Below the pieces are notes generated by a model. That model saw only the letters and a program-made list of their open reading frames with translations. It was not told the origin of the DNA and did no database searches. This document shows, one piece after another, positions 11,264 to 22,776 of a DNA stretch of 64,000 bases. This DNA comes from Azolla caroliniana (lineage: Eukaryota > Plantae > Polypodiophyta). The position numbers were made by a program, and so were the translations under genes. Positions within the stretch are counted from its first letter, which is position 1, and every line of letters begins with the position of its first letter. The stretch lies in NCBI GenBank assembly GCA_043228905.1, contig JBHGNT010000017.1, forward strand, positions 14,446,001-14,510,000, in the 5' to 3' direction.

Positions 11264-12378
11264 ACATCCTCTAATTGGCTCAAGACATCAAATCTATTCT
11301 CATGGCATGGGCTAGTAGGCTTAGTACTTAAGTTATTAGAAGTGATAGTAGAACTTGATGTAGGGTTGTCATGTGCACTTACTTGGTAAACTTGACGCCT
11401 GGGTTTATGTGGACAATTCACAGCTATATGTCCTGGACCACCACAGTAGAGGCATAGGCGATGCGCCCGACGTCGTTGTTTCTCAGCATCTGATAAGGGC
11501 CCTCGACGTTGTGTCGACTCTATTTCCATCGGAGTGGGACCATCCCTCGTAACGGGTCTAGAACCTTGTGGCGGTGTGGCGACTATAGAAGCGTATGTCT
11601 GTTCCGGTTGGCAGCGTAACATTTGTTGACGTTCAGAACGTCGCTCAAATAGGCGATTATCACATCGCACAGCTCGGCTAATAGCTTCAGTAAGAGACTT
11701 TGGATCTTCATGGAAAGTAAGAAGAAGATCTTTGACATCGTTACGCAAACCCTGACGGAATTGATCCATTAAGGCTGCCTCATCCCAAGGGATGTCGCAT
11801 GCCAAGAGACGGAAATCTGCGGCATAAGCTGAAGCGGGACGATCTCCTTGTCGGAGTCTTCGAATCTTGTTTATTGCAGTCCTAGTGCTATCCGTATCTC
11901 CAAAACTAGCTTGAAACTCCTTAACGAATGCCTCGAAATCCTCCAGTAATGGTGATTTCTTCTCAAGAAGTGGTGCAAACCATGCTAACGCTGTACCGCT
12001 TAGCAAGGTTCCTATTAATCCCACACGGGCAGCATCAGTTGGATACCGATTGGGATGTAACTGAATCACCAAACGAACTTGATTCAGGAAACCTCGAAAG
12101 AGAGATCTGGTACCATCAAACTTGGCAGGGAGGCTAATCTTTGGTTCCCTTGGGGAGTTTTGAACCCCCGCCGCTTGTTCTCGTAATGTTAATATAGTAG
12201 CCTCAAGTTGATGAACCCGTTGTGATAACTCCTCATATTGATGAGCTTTCTCAGTACTGACTTGTTGAAGATCCCCGAGTAGCCTTTGATTTTCTTGCTC
12301 TAATGCCACAAACTTAGTGGTGAGCATATCGAGCTCCGAAAGGACACGCATATACTCTTGCTTGCTGACCGACTCCAT
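11251..12378 (-). CDS. gag: Gag with coiled-coil N-terminus, capsid domain and CCHC knuckle
   Basis: EPKISLPAKFDG, LRQG..YAADFR, CLYCGGPGHIAVNC. Confidence 0.95.
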   Translation of the reverse strand: MESVSKQEYMRVLSELDMLTTKFVALEQENQRLLGDLQQVSTEKAHQYEELSQRVHQLEATILTLREQAAGVQNSPREPKISLPAKFDGTRSLFRGFLNQVRLVIQLHPNRYPTDAARVGLIGTLLSGTALAWFAPLLEKKSPLLEDFEAFVKEFQASFGDTDSTRTAINKIRRLRQGDRPASAYAADFRLLACDIPWDEAALMDQFRQGLRNDVKDLLLTFHEDPKSLTEAISRAVRCDNRLFERRSERQQMLRCQPEQTYASIVATPPQGSRPVTRDGPTPMEIESTQRRGPLSDAEKQRRRAHRLCLYCGGPGHIAVNCPHKPRRQVYQVSAHDNPTSSSTITSNNLSTKPTSPCHENRFDVLSQLEDVLNE

Positions 12379-12463
12379 AACCGCGGGGGAAAAAAAAAGA
12401 AGGATAAAGAAGAAAGCTTGCTAGAGTTATTGGAGAAAGGGAAAAGAAATATTCGGTTCAAAC

Positions 12464-13014
12464 TGTCGTGACTCTTGAGTAGGAAGCAGAGAGAGAGAGA
12501 GCGATGGCGATAGAGATAACGATAACGATAGAGATGGCGAGAGCGGTAGAGATAGCGATAGTGATAGAAAGAGAGTGAAAGAGGGAGAGAGTGCGAGAGA
12601 GAGAAAAGTATAAGTGAGAGATAAGAAATGGGAATGCGATTATATTATGAGAAAGAAGATTACAAGGAGTAGGCTAAGGGCTAAAGACTGGTGTTGAACC
12701 GAATGAGTTGTGATGAGTGTATGGACTCTTATTTATAGGCCCTTATGGAGTATTCTAGAATGTTCTAGAATATTTTAGATATTTATGAATAATAATAATA
12801 ATAAATATAATCATGAAATATTCAAGAACATTCTAGAATAATCTAGAATGTTCTAAATATCTCGTAATAACTAAACATATAATTATTATGATTACATCTC
12901 ACATATGTTATTACAATGGTTAAAGTACAATATGTAAACCAAGAGGTTATGGGTTCGATTCCTGGTTCGCCAAGATGAATGTCATGATAAGCCAAGATGT
13001 ATGTCTTCATGACA
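12464..13014 (-). repeat. 5' LTR of the chromovirus; TATA at 12737-12730, predicted TSS near 12704
   Basis: Identity with the left LTR; TATAAATA on the minus strand. Confidence 0.95.
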
Positions 13015-13019
13015 ACGCC

Positions 13020-14462
13020 CATATTCGGGCCGATCCCCATGTTAAGGGGCAACCTAACACCTATTTCGGGGGGTATGGTCTCCACAGCAGGCTGCAAATC
13101 CCCTACAGGATTCTCAGCCGGTCGTTCCCGACCCGCTTCAAATAGATCCCGCGATACATTTGTGCTCCGAAGCGGTGGCACCTCTTGCATCCCTCAATCT
13201 AAGAGAGGCGTCGCCAAACCAAGTGTTGGTCGGCCTATCTTACCCTTTCCCTTGTCCTTGAGCTTGCCCGTCCGGATCCACGATTTCACTAATCTGAGGC
13301 CACTACCACCTTCACATTCCAGCGGGAGGGGGGCCTTTGCCAACTTCTCTTCCGGGGTGGACGGTACGAGTTGGGGTTGCATCTCCATCGGGGTAGAGAA
13401 CACAAGTTCAGGCTCTCGCGGGGGAAGGCATGAGGAGTCGCATGGGGACAACATTGCTGCCAGCGCTTCTGGGTCACCATCCCCTAACCCTTGAAGAGGT
13501 GTAAATCTGTTGGTAGCTCTCACCTGTAGGTCGGGTGCATCAGCACTCCCGGAGAGGATCTTTACCCGTTTCAAGGGTTGCTCGTCCGCGCTTGCTGGTG
13601 ACAAGGTAGCGAGACTTCTTTCAAAGGGGTGGTCACGAAAAAGGGTGGAAGAGGATGCACCTAGGCCTCCAAGTTTCCCCTTCTTCTTAGCGGGTATCCA
13701 AGGAGCCTCGTCACCCTTGGTTGGCCCGACTTTGCCCGAGGGTGGAGGTCCCGAGCTTCCCGTTCCAATCTTGCGAGGACACGCCTTAGCTAGGTGTCCT
13801 GTCTGTTTGCAAATGAAACACTGCCCCGGAAGTCCTTCGTAAACCACTTTCACCACTGTGAGACCTAGCTCCTCAAAGTAGAGTCTAATCCTTGATGGAA
13901 GTCCTTGGAGGGAAGGCACCAAGATGCGCAACTTGGGCACCTCCGCAATTGTGTCTGCCATTGACACTTTTTGAGGACATATCATCCCTATTTGTTCGCC
14001 AAAAAGAGGGAGCAGATGGCACAAATGAGGAGGGAGGCCGGGAAATGTTGCGTTGATCACCCTAGGGTTGTTGAGTTTCCGTAACTCTTCAATCGGATTG
14101 AACCCTGGTGACCATGGCTGAAGCAACACCTTGCCGTACTTCAGTTCGAGTACCTTGAGCTCGACCAGTGGTTGCGCCAGCGAGCCATTACCTAATTCGA
14201 TGTGGAAGAAGTTTTTCCCTAAACCCCTGACACTCTTGATCACAGGCATGTTCTCCATCACAGCCACCTGGAACATGTCCCGAACCATTCCTCGACTTGG
14301 TCTACCTGCCAGAAACCTACATATGAAGGAGGTACGTCGTAGACGTTCGATTTCCTCCAATAAGAAACGGTTGGCCTCAGGGGACAACGTAATGTCGAGA
14401 TTTGAACCACCTTCTTCATCGAGCAAACGGGTCGTTGGTGGAAGCACGATTCCTCCCTCCAT
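13020..14462 (-). pseudogene. LINE ORF1 (DUF4283-like + zinc knuckle) with one internal stop; last codons lie at 7075-7049 across the chromovirus insertion
   Basis: LGKNFFHIEL, LQPWSPGFNP, VYEGLPGQCFICKQTGHLAKAC; frame continues past the TGA at 13194. Confidence 0.9.
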
Positions 14463-14789
14463 AGCGAGTAATGTGTCTTGCGAGGCTATCTATGTAGGTC
14501 TTCCCTTCCCCCTTTGTTTTGTGTGTTGTTTAATTAATTAATTAATGTACGTTTTTTGGTTGGGGGAGGGAGGGAGGATTGTGGGTGTGGGAGTACCTGG
14601 ACAACAGCTGGCGTTCTGCTCCTGCTCCTGCTCTGGTGGACAGCGCGCGCGTTCTTCATCGTGCACCTGTACCTGCGCCTGCGCCTACTCCTGTTCGCCC
14701 TGTCTGCACGCCCTGTTCTGCTACTCCCACTCCACGCTCTGCTGCTGCTCGCGCTCCCGCCATCACTCGTCGTTCGTGACCTAAATAAT

Positions 14790-15017
14790 ATTGTTATATA
14801 ATAGATGGAAAACTTAAAATTTGAAAGTATTTGTTTTATTATTAATAAATAATAAATAATAAATAAAAGGTTCATTAATTCCATACTTTTTACTCTCCCA
14901 CAAAAATTGATATTTTTATCTATTATTAAAAGGGCACCTCATATAATAATATTTTTATAATATATATAAGACTTAAATATATTTGGTTTACTTTTTAATA
15001 AAACAACAAATAAATAA

Positions 15018-15048
<31 letters not shown>

Positions 15049-15380
15049 AACGGTTCCATAAATTTCCTGTTTTTATCTTATATTAAAAAGAGGAACTCAC
15101 ACTAATAATATTTTTATAATATATATAAAACTTAAATGGAAATATTTTATTTAAAAAAAAACAATAAAGAAATAGAATAAAGAAAAGGTTCTCATAAACT
15201 TTTATATTTTTATCTCACATTAAAAAAGGGACCTTCCACTAATATTATTCTTATAATAGATGAAAAACTTATGTTTTATTTTTAATAAACAATTAAATAA
15301 TAAATAAAAAGTTAATTAATTCCCCACTTTTTACTATATTTTTTTAAAATAATAAATAAATAAACGAATGGTTTTGTAAT
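14790..15380. repeat. Very AT-rich degenerate tandem repeat (about 150 bp, about 3 copies) with (TA)n
   Basis: tttttatct..attaaaa..gg..c..aataatatttttataatatatataa.acttaaat at about 14913, 15070 and 15207. Confidence 0.6.
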
Positions 15381-15587
15381 ATTCTTGGGGTCATTTTGTA
15401 TTCTCGAATTTTACGAATTTTACGGATGTCGAATACTACAAATTTCATGCGTGGATCAATCTATGCTTGTAAACAACCAATTTTTTACACAATTGATCAT
15501 TACAGCTAGTGAAGCAGCTCCAATCCTCTTTGCTTCTTCATTTTGTTACTTTTTCAATCTCATTCTGATATCTATGATATCATTCTC

Positions 15588-15885
15588 TGTTGAGAATCAA
15601 GCTCAACCTAGTCTAGTGTGTGAACACACCCTTGAGAGTGTGCACTCAAAGGTCAAAAGTAACCACTCTTATCCACACATTAACTATGTGTCATAGAATA
15701 TAATTCTATGACACATAACTAATGAGCTTTCACATTCCCCATGTCCCATGAGCTTCGGTAGTTAATGAAGAGAGAGAGTGACTATATAAAGCACTCTCCT
15801 CCTACTTTGTAATAAGTTCGGTTAATCTCCTTTGTGATATACATTGTCTTGAGTATTCTATTCTTGTTCAAATCTATCTATCTTG

Positions 15886-15930
<45 letters not shown>

Positions 15931-18900
15931 CACACACACTCACAACACATATCTCTAGTCTATTCCGTCGACATTCAAGAAGAACTGGCTCATCGCTATC
16001 GTAGTGCGACTACATAGCTCGTATTCAAGAGAGAAGAAGAAAGAAGAAATCTACATCGAACATCATGAATACTCAAATTGGGAGCGCTCTCCCTAGCGAG
16101 AAGTTGGACCGAAACAACTTCGCATCTTGGGAGTACAAGATGCACCAATACCTTGTCGGCCAAGGCTATTGGGGTTACATCAAGGGAGCACAAGAAAACC
16201 GACCCGACCCGGAAGACACCAACCACTCAACATGGGAGCAAGCAGCGAGTCGAGTAATGTATTTCTTAGCGACATGTGTTCACGACCACATGCTCTATTA
16301 CATTCGAGAAGCCAAGACGCCGAAGGAAGCGTGGGAAAATCTACGAAAGATTTTCGCCACCAACACGACCACGAGGAAGCTTCAACTCTGCCAAGAGTTG
16401 AACAACATCCAACAATGGGACATGTCCATCACAAGCTACACCTTGAGGATCAAGGAGCTTTGTGACTCTCTCGGCTCAATAAGCGTCAATGTGGATGATG
16501 ATGAGATGGTGCAAATATGCCTTGGCAGCCTTGCACCACGGTTCGGCTCGATGAGAACCGTCGTCCTAGCAAGGGAGAATCCTCCCTCTTTCTTTGATCT
16601 TCAATCTATGTTATTGGTCGAAGAGAATCATGTTCAAACAAGGAGCAATGCCTCGGAAGGCCACATGCTCTACACGCATTCGAATGGAGGAAGAGGACGC
16701 GACCAAGCAAGAGGCCGATTCGGTCAAGGACGAGGTGGCGGACGAGGTCCGACTTACGACAGCAACTCCCAAATTCGGCAACAAGACGGAAACCATTGAG
16801 GAACCTTCGGAAGAAGGGGGAGCTTCCATTCCGGTTCGAGTCGACAAAAACTCGATCGAATGCGCTTATTGCGGAAAAATCGGCCACCATGAAGAAGAGT
16901 GTCGAAAGAAGAAGCGTGAGTCGGCTTCCACAAGCCGACAACTCACCAATTACGCCACCAACTCTGACTATGAAGATCATGGTGGAATGTTTGTAATGAG
17001 ACATAGAGCAAATCCTATGTCGGCCTCTACTTCGACTAATGCCTCCAATCCGGAAGATGTATGGTTCGTCGACTCCGGTGCTTCGAACCATATGACGTCC
17101 CATCAAGAATGGTTCAAAGACCTTCGAGAGCCGGATGGACCCTGTTATGTCGAGACCGGAGACGACACCACTCATCTGATTCGGCATGTCGGCAATGTCC
17201 CATTCGAGAAAGAAGGTGAACAAACTTGCATAAAAAATGTCTTACATGTACCCACCATAACGAAGAATTTGGTCTCGGTCGGCCAAATTGTGGAGCAAGG
17301 GATACAAGTTTGATTCAACCAAGGAGGTTGCTTCATCGAGAAGGAAGGCCGACTAATTGCTCGTGGTCGAAGGGAAGGCCGAATGTTTGTCCTCGAAGCG
17401 AACAAGGTAAAATCGACCATGTTTGCAAAGGGCCTCAAACACAACGCCGACATAGAGCTATGGCATAAAAGAATCGGCCATATCAATCTCAACAAACTCA
17501 AGGCGATGCAATCAAAAGGAGTCGTCATTGGGCTCCTGACCTTCAAAGAGAAAGAGATTGAAGGAGTATGTGAAGCATGCCAATTCGGCAAGCAACATCG
17601 ACACCCGTTCCCGAAGGAGAGGAACGTGAGCAAAGGCCTATTGGACGTAGTCCACTTGGATGTGTGGGGACCGGCACAAACGGCTACGTTCGGAGGATGT
17701 TGGTACTATGTTACCTTCATCGACGACTTCTCTAGATACACATGGATTTTTCCCATGAGGATGAAGAGCGAAGTGTTTACACACTTCCAAAAATTCAAAA
17801 GCGAAGTCGAAAAGACAATTGGGCGTCATGTACATGTCTTCGGTCAGACGGAGGAAAGGAATACTTCTCCGATGCGTTCACGGCATACCTTCGACAAAAA
17901 GGAATTCGACAAGAATTCATTTGCCGACACACCACAACACAATGGTGTAGCCGAACGCAAGAATTGGCACATCCTCGAAGTAGCAAGGGCCATGCTAAAT
18001 GAGAAGCATATGCCCAAGTCATATTGGGCAGAAGCTACAAATACCACCATCTACCTCATGAACTGGTGCACAACATCCGAAGTGCACGAGGTCACCCCGC
18101 ACGAGAAATAATATGGGAAGAAGCCGGATCTATCCCATGTAAGGATATTCGGCTCCATTGCATACGTGCACATTCCCGATGAGAAGCGGTAGAAGCTTGA
18201 CCCAAAATCAGAGAAGTGCATCCTCGTGGGGTACTTACAGGAGAAAAAGGGGTACAAGTGCTTCAACCCCTCTACTCGGAAGACTCGTGTATATTGGGAT
18301 GTCGTCTTTGACGAATCGACATCATGGTAAAAACCCGAGCCGACTCCTCCCGAACCATCTACGAACGACCTCGACAACACAGAAGACGATGATCAACTAA
18401 GGTCAATACTCGAAGAGAGTCCGATCTCAACTAGATTGAGCGGACCACAAGAGCCTCCGAGCAACCAAAGCTCATCTCGGCCAAGTCCAAAGATGGACAA
18501 AGGGAAGGCCAAAATGCCGGAAACATGAGGACGATCACTTCGATGGCAACAAATCGACTCATTCACTCGATAGTGAGTTTGATGGCTTTGATGTGCCTCT
18601 TATTAGGTCACCCGGAGTTGAGAAAGCACTCACATCGGCAAATGAGAAACTCCGTCACTCCACCCGAGAGAAGAATCCGGTTAGCCGATTCGGCTACAGC
18701 GACTATATGGCATACCACTATGCCTTTATGATGAAGGTGGCAACAGTTCGAGAACCGGAGAGCTTTGCCGAAGCCGCTAAAGATCCTCGATGGGTTGAAG
18801 CGATGAACGAGGAGATGCAAGCTCTCAGCAAGAATGAGACATGGGATCTCGTCCCTCACTCACCGCACAAGAAGGCAATCGACTGCAGATGGATATACAA

Positions 18901-20791
18901 AGTGAAGTATAATGCTAACGGTTCCGTCAACCGCTACAAAGTTCGACTCATAGCAAAGGGTTACGCACAAACACATGGCGTCGACTATGAAGAGACCTTT
19001 GCCCCGGTGGCAAAGATGACAACTGTGCGAACCGTGATAGCGCTTGCAACAGCGAAAGGGTGGCACCTCCACCATATGGATGTCAAGAACGCTTTTCTTC
19101 AAGGCGAATTAGAAGAGGAGGTGTACATAGTACAATCACCCAGCTTCGAATCCAACATTCATCTAAAAGCCATCTGCCGACTCAAGAAGCCTCTCTACAG
19201 CCTTAAGCAAGCACCACGTGCTTGGCACTCAAAGATAACACAATATCTTCATCGAATCGGCTTCCGAATGTCAAAATCCGACAATTCTCTCTATGTAAGA
19301 AGCGATTCTGAAAGTCCGATCGTCATCATCCTGTACGTGGATGATCTGGTCATTGGAGGTGAGCATCTAATTGACATCAACAAGGTCAAATCCCTTCTTT
19401 CCAACAAATTCGAGATGACGGACATGAAAGAGCTCCACTACTTCCTTGGCATCGAGGTAATTCGGACTCCAGCCGGGATTATGATCTCCCAACGGCACTA
19501 CATTCTCAAGTTGTTATACAAGTTCGGGATGACTGAGTGCAAGTCTGTGGCAACACCTTTCGACCGAAACCTCAAACTAGATGCCAATTCTGGCACCACA
19601 GAGTGTGAGCCGACTCAGTATCGACAACTGATCGATAGTCTTATCTACCTCACGATCGCTCGACCAGACCTGAGTTATCCGGTCGGCCTTCTTAGCCAGT
19701 TCATGCAAACGCCATGAGATATCCATTTGGATTGTGTTAAGAGAGTGCTACGATACGTGAGCGGAACGATAGACTATGGTATTCTCTATAAGTCGGCCAC
19801 GCCATTTCAACTTGAGGGGTACATAGATGCTGATTGGGCAGGCTACAAAGCCGACCGACGATCAACCTCTGGTTTTGTCTTCTCCCTCGGAAGTGGAGCC
19901 ATCTCCTGGAGTAGCAAGAAGCAACCAACCATCGCTCTTTCGAGCACAGAGGCCGAATACGGGGGCGCGGCGGTGGCTGCATGTGAAGTCGTATGGCTCA
20001 AGAGGATATTAAAGGATCTGGGTGTTCCCATCAAAGATCCGATTCTCCTTTACTCCGACAACATGAGCAATATTTATCTGGCTCGAAACTCAGTGTTCCA
20101 CGCATGCACAAAGCATATCGAAGTGCACTATCACTTCATTCGAGAGCATGTTCAGGCTGGCGATATCGACCTTCAACATATGTTTACGAATCTTCAGACA
20201 ACCGACATCTTCACCAAAGCCCTAGGAGCCGACAACCTTCGGCAATTCCTGTCAGACCTTGGGTTGACGGTCCTTGACTTGCCAAGCTTGAGGGGGAGTA
20301 CAAGCCGGATGTACCGGATACCGTCCGAACCGGATATGAGCCGAAGCGGACATCAACCGAAGTAGCCGACCAAAATTGAGCTTGAGGGGGCGTGTTGAGA
20401 ATCAAGCTCAACCTAGTCTAGTGTGTGAACATACCCTTGAGAGTGTGCACTCAAAGGTCAAAAGTCACCACTATTATCCACACATTAACTATGTGTCATA
20501 GAATCATATTCTATGACACATAACTAATGAGCTTTCACATTCCCCATGACCCATGAGCTTCGGTAGTTAATGAAGAGAGAGAGTGACTATATAAAGCACT
20601 CTCCTCCTACTTTGTAATAAGTTCGGTTAATCTCCTTTGTAATATACATTGTCTTGACTCTTGAGTATTCTATTCTTGTTCAAATCTATCTATCTTGTGT
20701 TTCTCTCTCTCTCTCTCTCTCATACACACACACTCACAACACATATCTCTAGTCTATTCCGCTGCACAAGAATCACCACCAATTCTTTACA
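15588..20791 (+). mobile_element. Near full-length decayed Ty1/copia element
   Basis: TSD TTCTC (15583-15587, 20792-20796); 5' LTR from 15588 (U5 and PBS deleted); 3' LTR 20393-20791; PPT 20381-20392. Confidence 0.95.
16065..20365 (+). pseudogene. Copia gag-pol with several stops and frameshifts
   Basis: CAYCGKIGHHEEEC, WFVDSGASNHMT, WHKRIGH..CEACQFGK, VHLDVWGP, MDVKNAFL, LYVDD, YIDADWAG, DIFTKAL. Confidence 0.95.
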
Positions 20792-22206
20792 TTCTCGAAC
20801 CGATCAAGGATAATTCTTATCTTCCCCTCCCATATATTCTCTATTTTAAGGTATTGCCATATTATTTTTATCTATAGTCTCATTTCTCATGGCTCACATG
20901 CTTCTATGTTTGTTTTACTTGTTTTAACACATGCGCTACTTGATGGTTAGTAAAGAGACGCTAGCCATTGTACAATTTTTTCATGCAGTAGCTGGTTATA
21001 GTCTTTCCATGATAATAAACTAATAAAGACAACTAAACACCATAGGGTTTTTTCTTCATAACACTCTATTTCTGATTAACTCTGGTCTCGTTAATTCTGC
21101 CTTAATCTTTAAATCAATTAACAAAGTAGTTTCATATTCAATTTGTATTTTTTAGTCTAAAAGTAGAATACTATATTAAGAATCTAGATTAGATAGAACG
21201 AAGTAATTGGGATTCTTTAGCTTTCTCTTCTTTGAAGGCTAAGCATGTTGTGTTACAAAGACAATTGCGTCATGTCAAAACAAGCATTGAAAACTCTATC
21301 ATAGTAGTTTAGTCATATTTTTTCACAATGGTATCAGTCAATCATTTGTAGCAACACAACCATGTGCATGAATGTTTCTGAAAGTTATATAGATGTGGTT
21401 CTAGGTCAATTTCCATTTGAGGTTTAGCATCTAAAATAATGTGTGATGTCTTGATCTTTGATGTTATACCTGGTTATATAGTCAATCCATCTCTCACTCT
21501 AGTCTTGAATCCAAATCTAGCTCATGCCACATGAGTTAGTGTCCCATAACCAAATGAGTGTACATCCAAGTTTCCAAACATTTACAACTTGAGTGATGCA
21601 TGATCATGTTATGGGCCAAGTGACAAGGCTTGTGGTTTTATTATTAGGACTCTTTCCAACTGAGATTTTAGGGTTTAGGAACCTAGAGGTGGGAAATGGA
21701 AAGGATAGGAAAAGAGGCCTCTATATCCAAAGTTCAATAACGAAAACTCTAGTAGATGAAGATAACCTTGCGCATGGTTTTTGATACCTCTTTAACCCCC
21801 TCAATTAAGGGACAACAACATGTTTCCAAGATACAAAGGGTAGTAGCGCATAGCCATATTATCTATGAGTTTTTTGCTGCGTAAACGCTAGCAAACAACA
21901 CATATGAGAGTTGTCTCTACCTGAAGGAAACCAGCAATAAGCAATGAATCGCATGGTTCGTGAGACTTCCATCGACATAGGATTGGGTTTGGTTGAACGC
22001 GACTGGAGCATCCGTAGAGGAAATGACAAGATGAGAATTGGTGCGATGATGCAAAAGTGGTGGAGTTAGCCGGTTCCTAAAGGGACGGACGGACGAGGCT
22101 ATCAATAGCAAGTCTTCTTCGAAAGCATATTGATGTACCTGGGTGGGTGGTAAAGCAACAAGAAAAAGCGTTCGTCATGCAGCAGCATCTCCGTGGGAAC
22201 CAGAAA

Positions 22207-22472
22207 CCAATCGGAATTGAGCCACGTAGGATTTGTTGGAATTCAACCATAAACCAATAGGATGGAGCCACATAGGATTTGTCAGGATTCGGGCGCAAGC
22301 CAATAGGATGGAGCCACGTAGGATTTGCTATGAATTGTAAGCCCTAAACCCTAAACCAATAGGATTGAGCCACATAGGATTTGCCGGGATTCGGGCGCAA
22401 GCCAATAGGATGGAGCCAAGTAGGATTTGCGGGAATTCTTCTTCGGCCCCAAACCAATAGGATGAGGCCACG
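22207..22472 (+). promoter_or_regulatory. Array of six CCAAT-N9/10-CCAC(G/A)-type motifs upstream of the GDSL gene
   Basis: CCAAT at 22207, 22254, 22300, 22356, 22402, 22454; exact CCAAT-N9-CCACG at 22300 and 22454. Confidence 0.6.
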
Positions 22473-22516
22473 TAGGATATCTGCAGCTTTTTCTTTCTCT
22501 TTTGTGGTGGGAACAC

Positions 22517-22547
<31 letters not shown>

Positions 22548-22776
22548 GCAGCAGAAAAGAAAAGAAATGGGAGGAAAGAAAGAATTTGCTGTCTTTAAAA
22601 GAGCAGAAATTTGTGTGTTTTTGGGGTTTTGGGGGAGAAAGGGTGTGCACAGCAAGAGATTTGCCTGGCCTTTCATTTAATGATCACTACTGTGTGCTGA
22701 TGGGATCCACCTATCCACCTATCCCCCATCCCCATCTGTCATTTATGGCCAATTTCCTGCAGCCAAAGTTTTGGCC

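Larger units (their letters stand above)
7076..13014 (-). mobile_element. Full-length young Ty3/gypsy chromovirus (Tcn1/Tf1-like) inserted in the LINE
   Basis: Two 551-bp TG..CA LTRs (7076-7626, 12464-13014) with one difference seen; TSD ACGCC (7071-7075, 13015-13019); minus-strand PPT AAAAGGGGGGATAA next to the left LTR; intact gag and pol. Confidence 0.98.

Noticed and set aside
14545-14800. GC-rich patch with overlapping short ORFs
   Set aside because: Low complexity, no recognisable domain
21320-21800. TGGTATCAG PBS-like site and possible LTR remnant
   Set aside because: No LTR boundary or coding motif to support it
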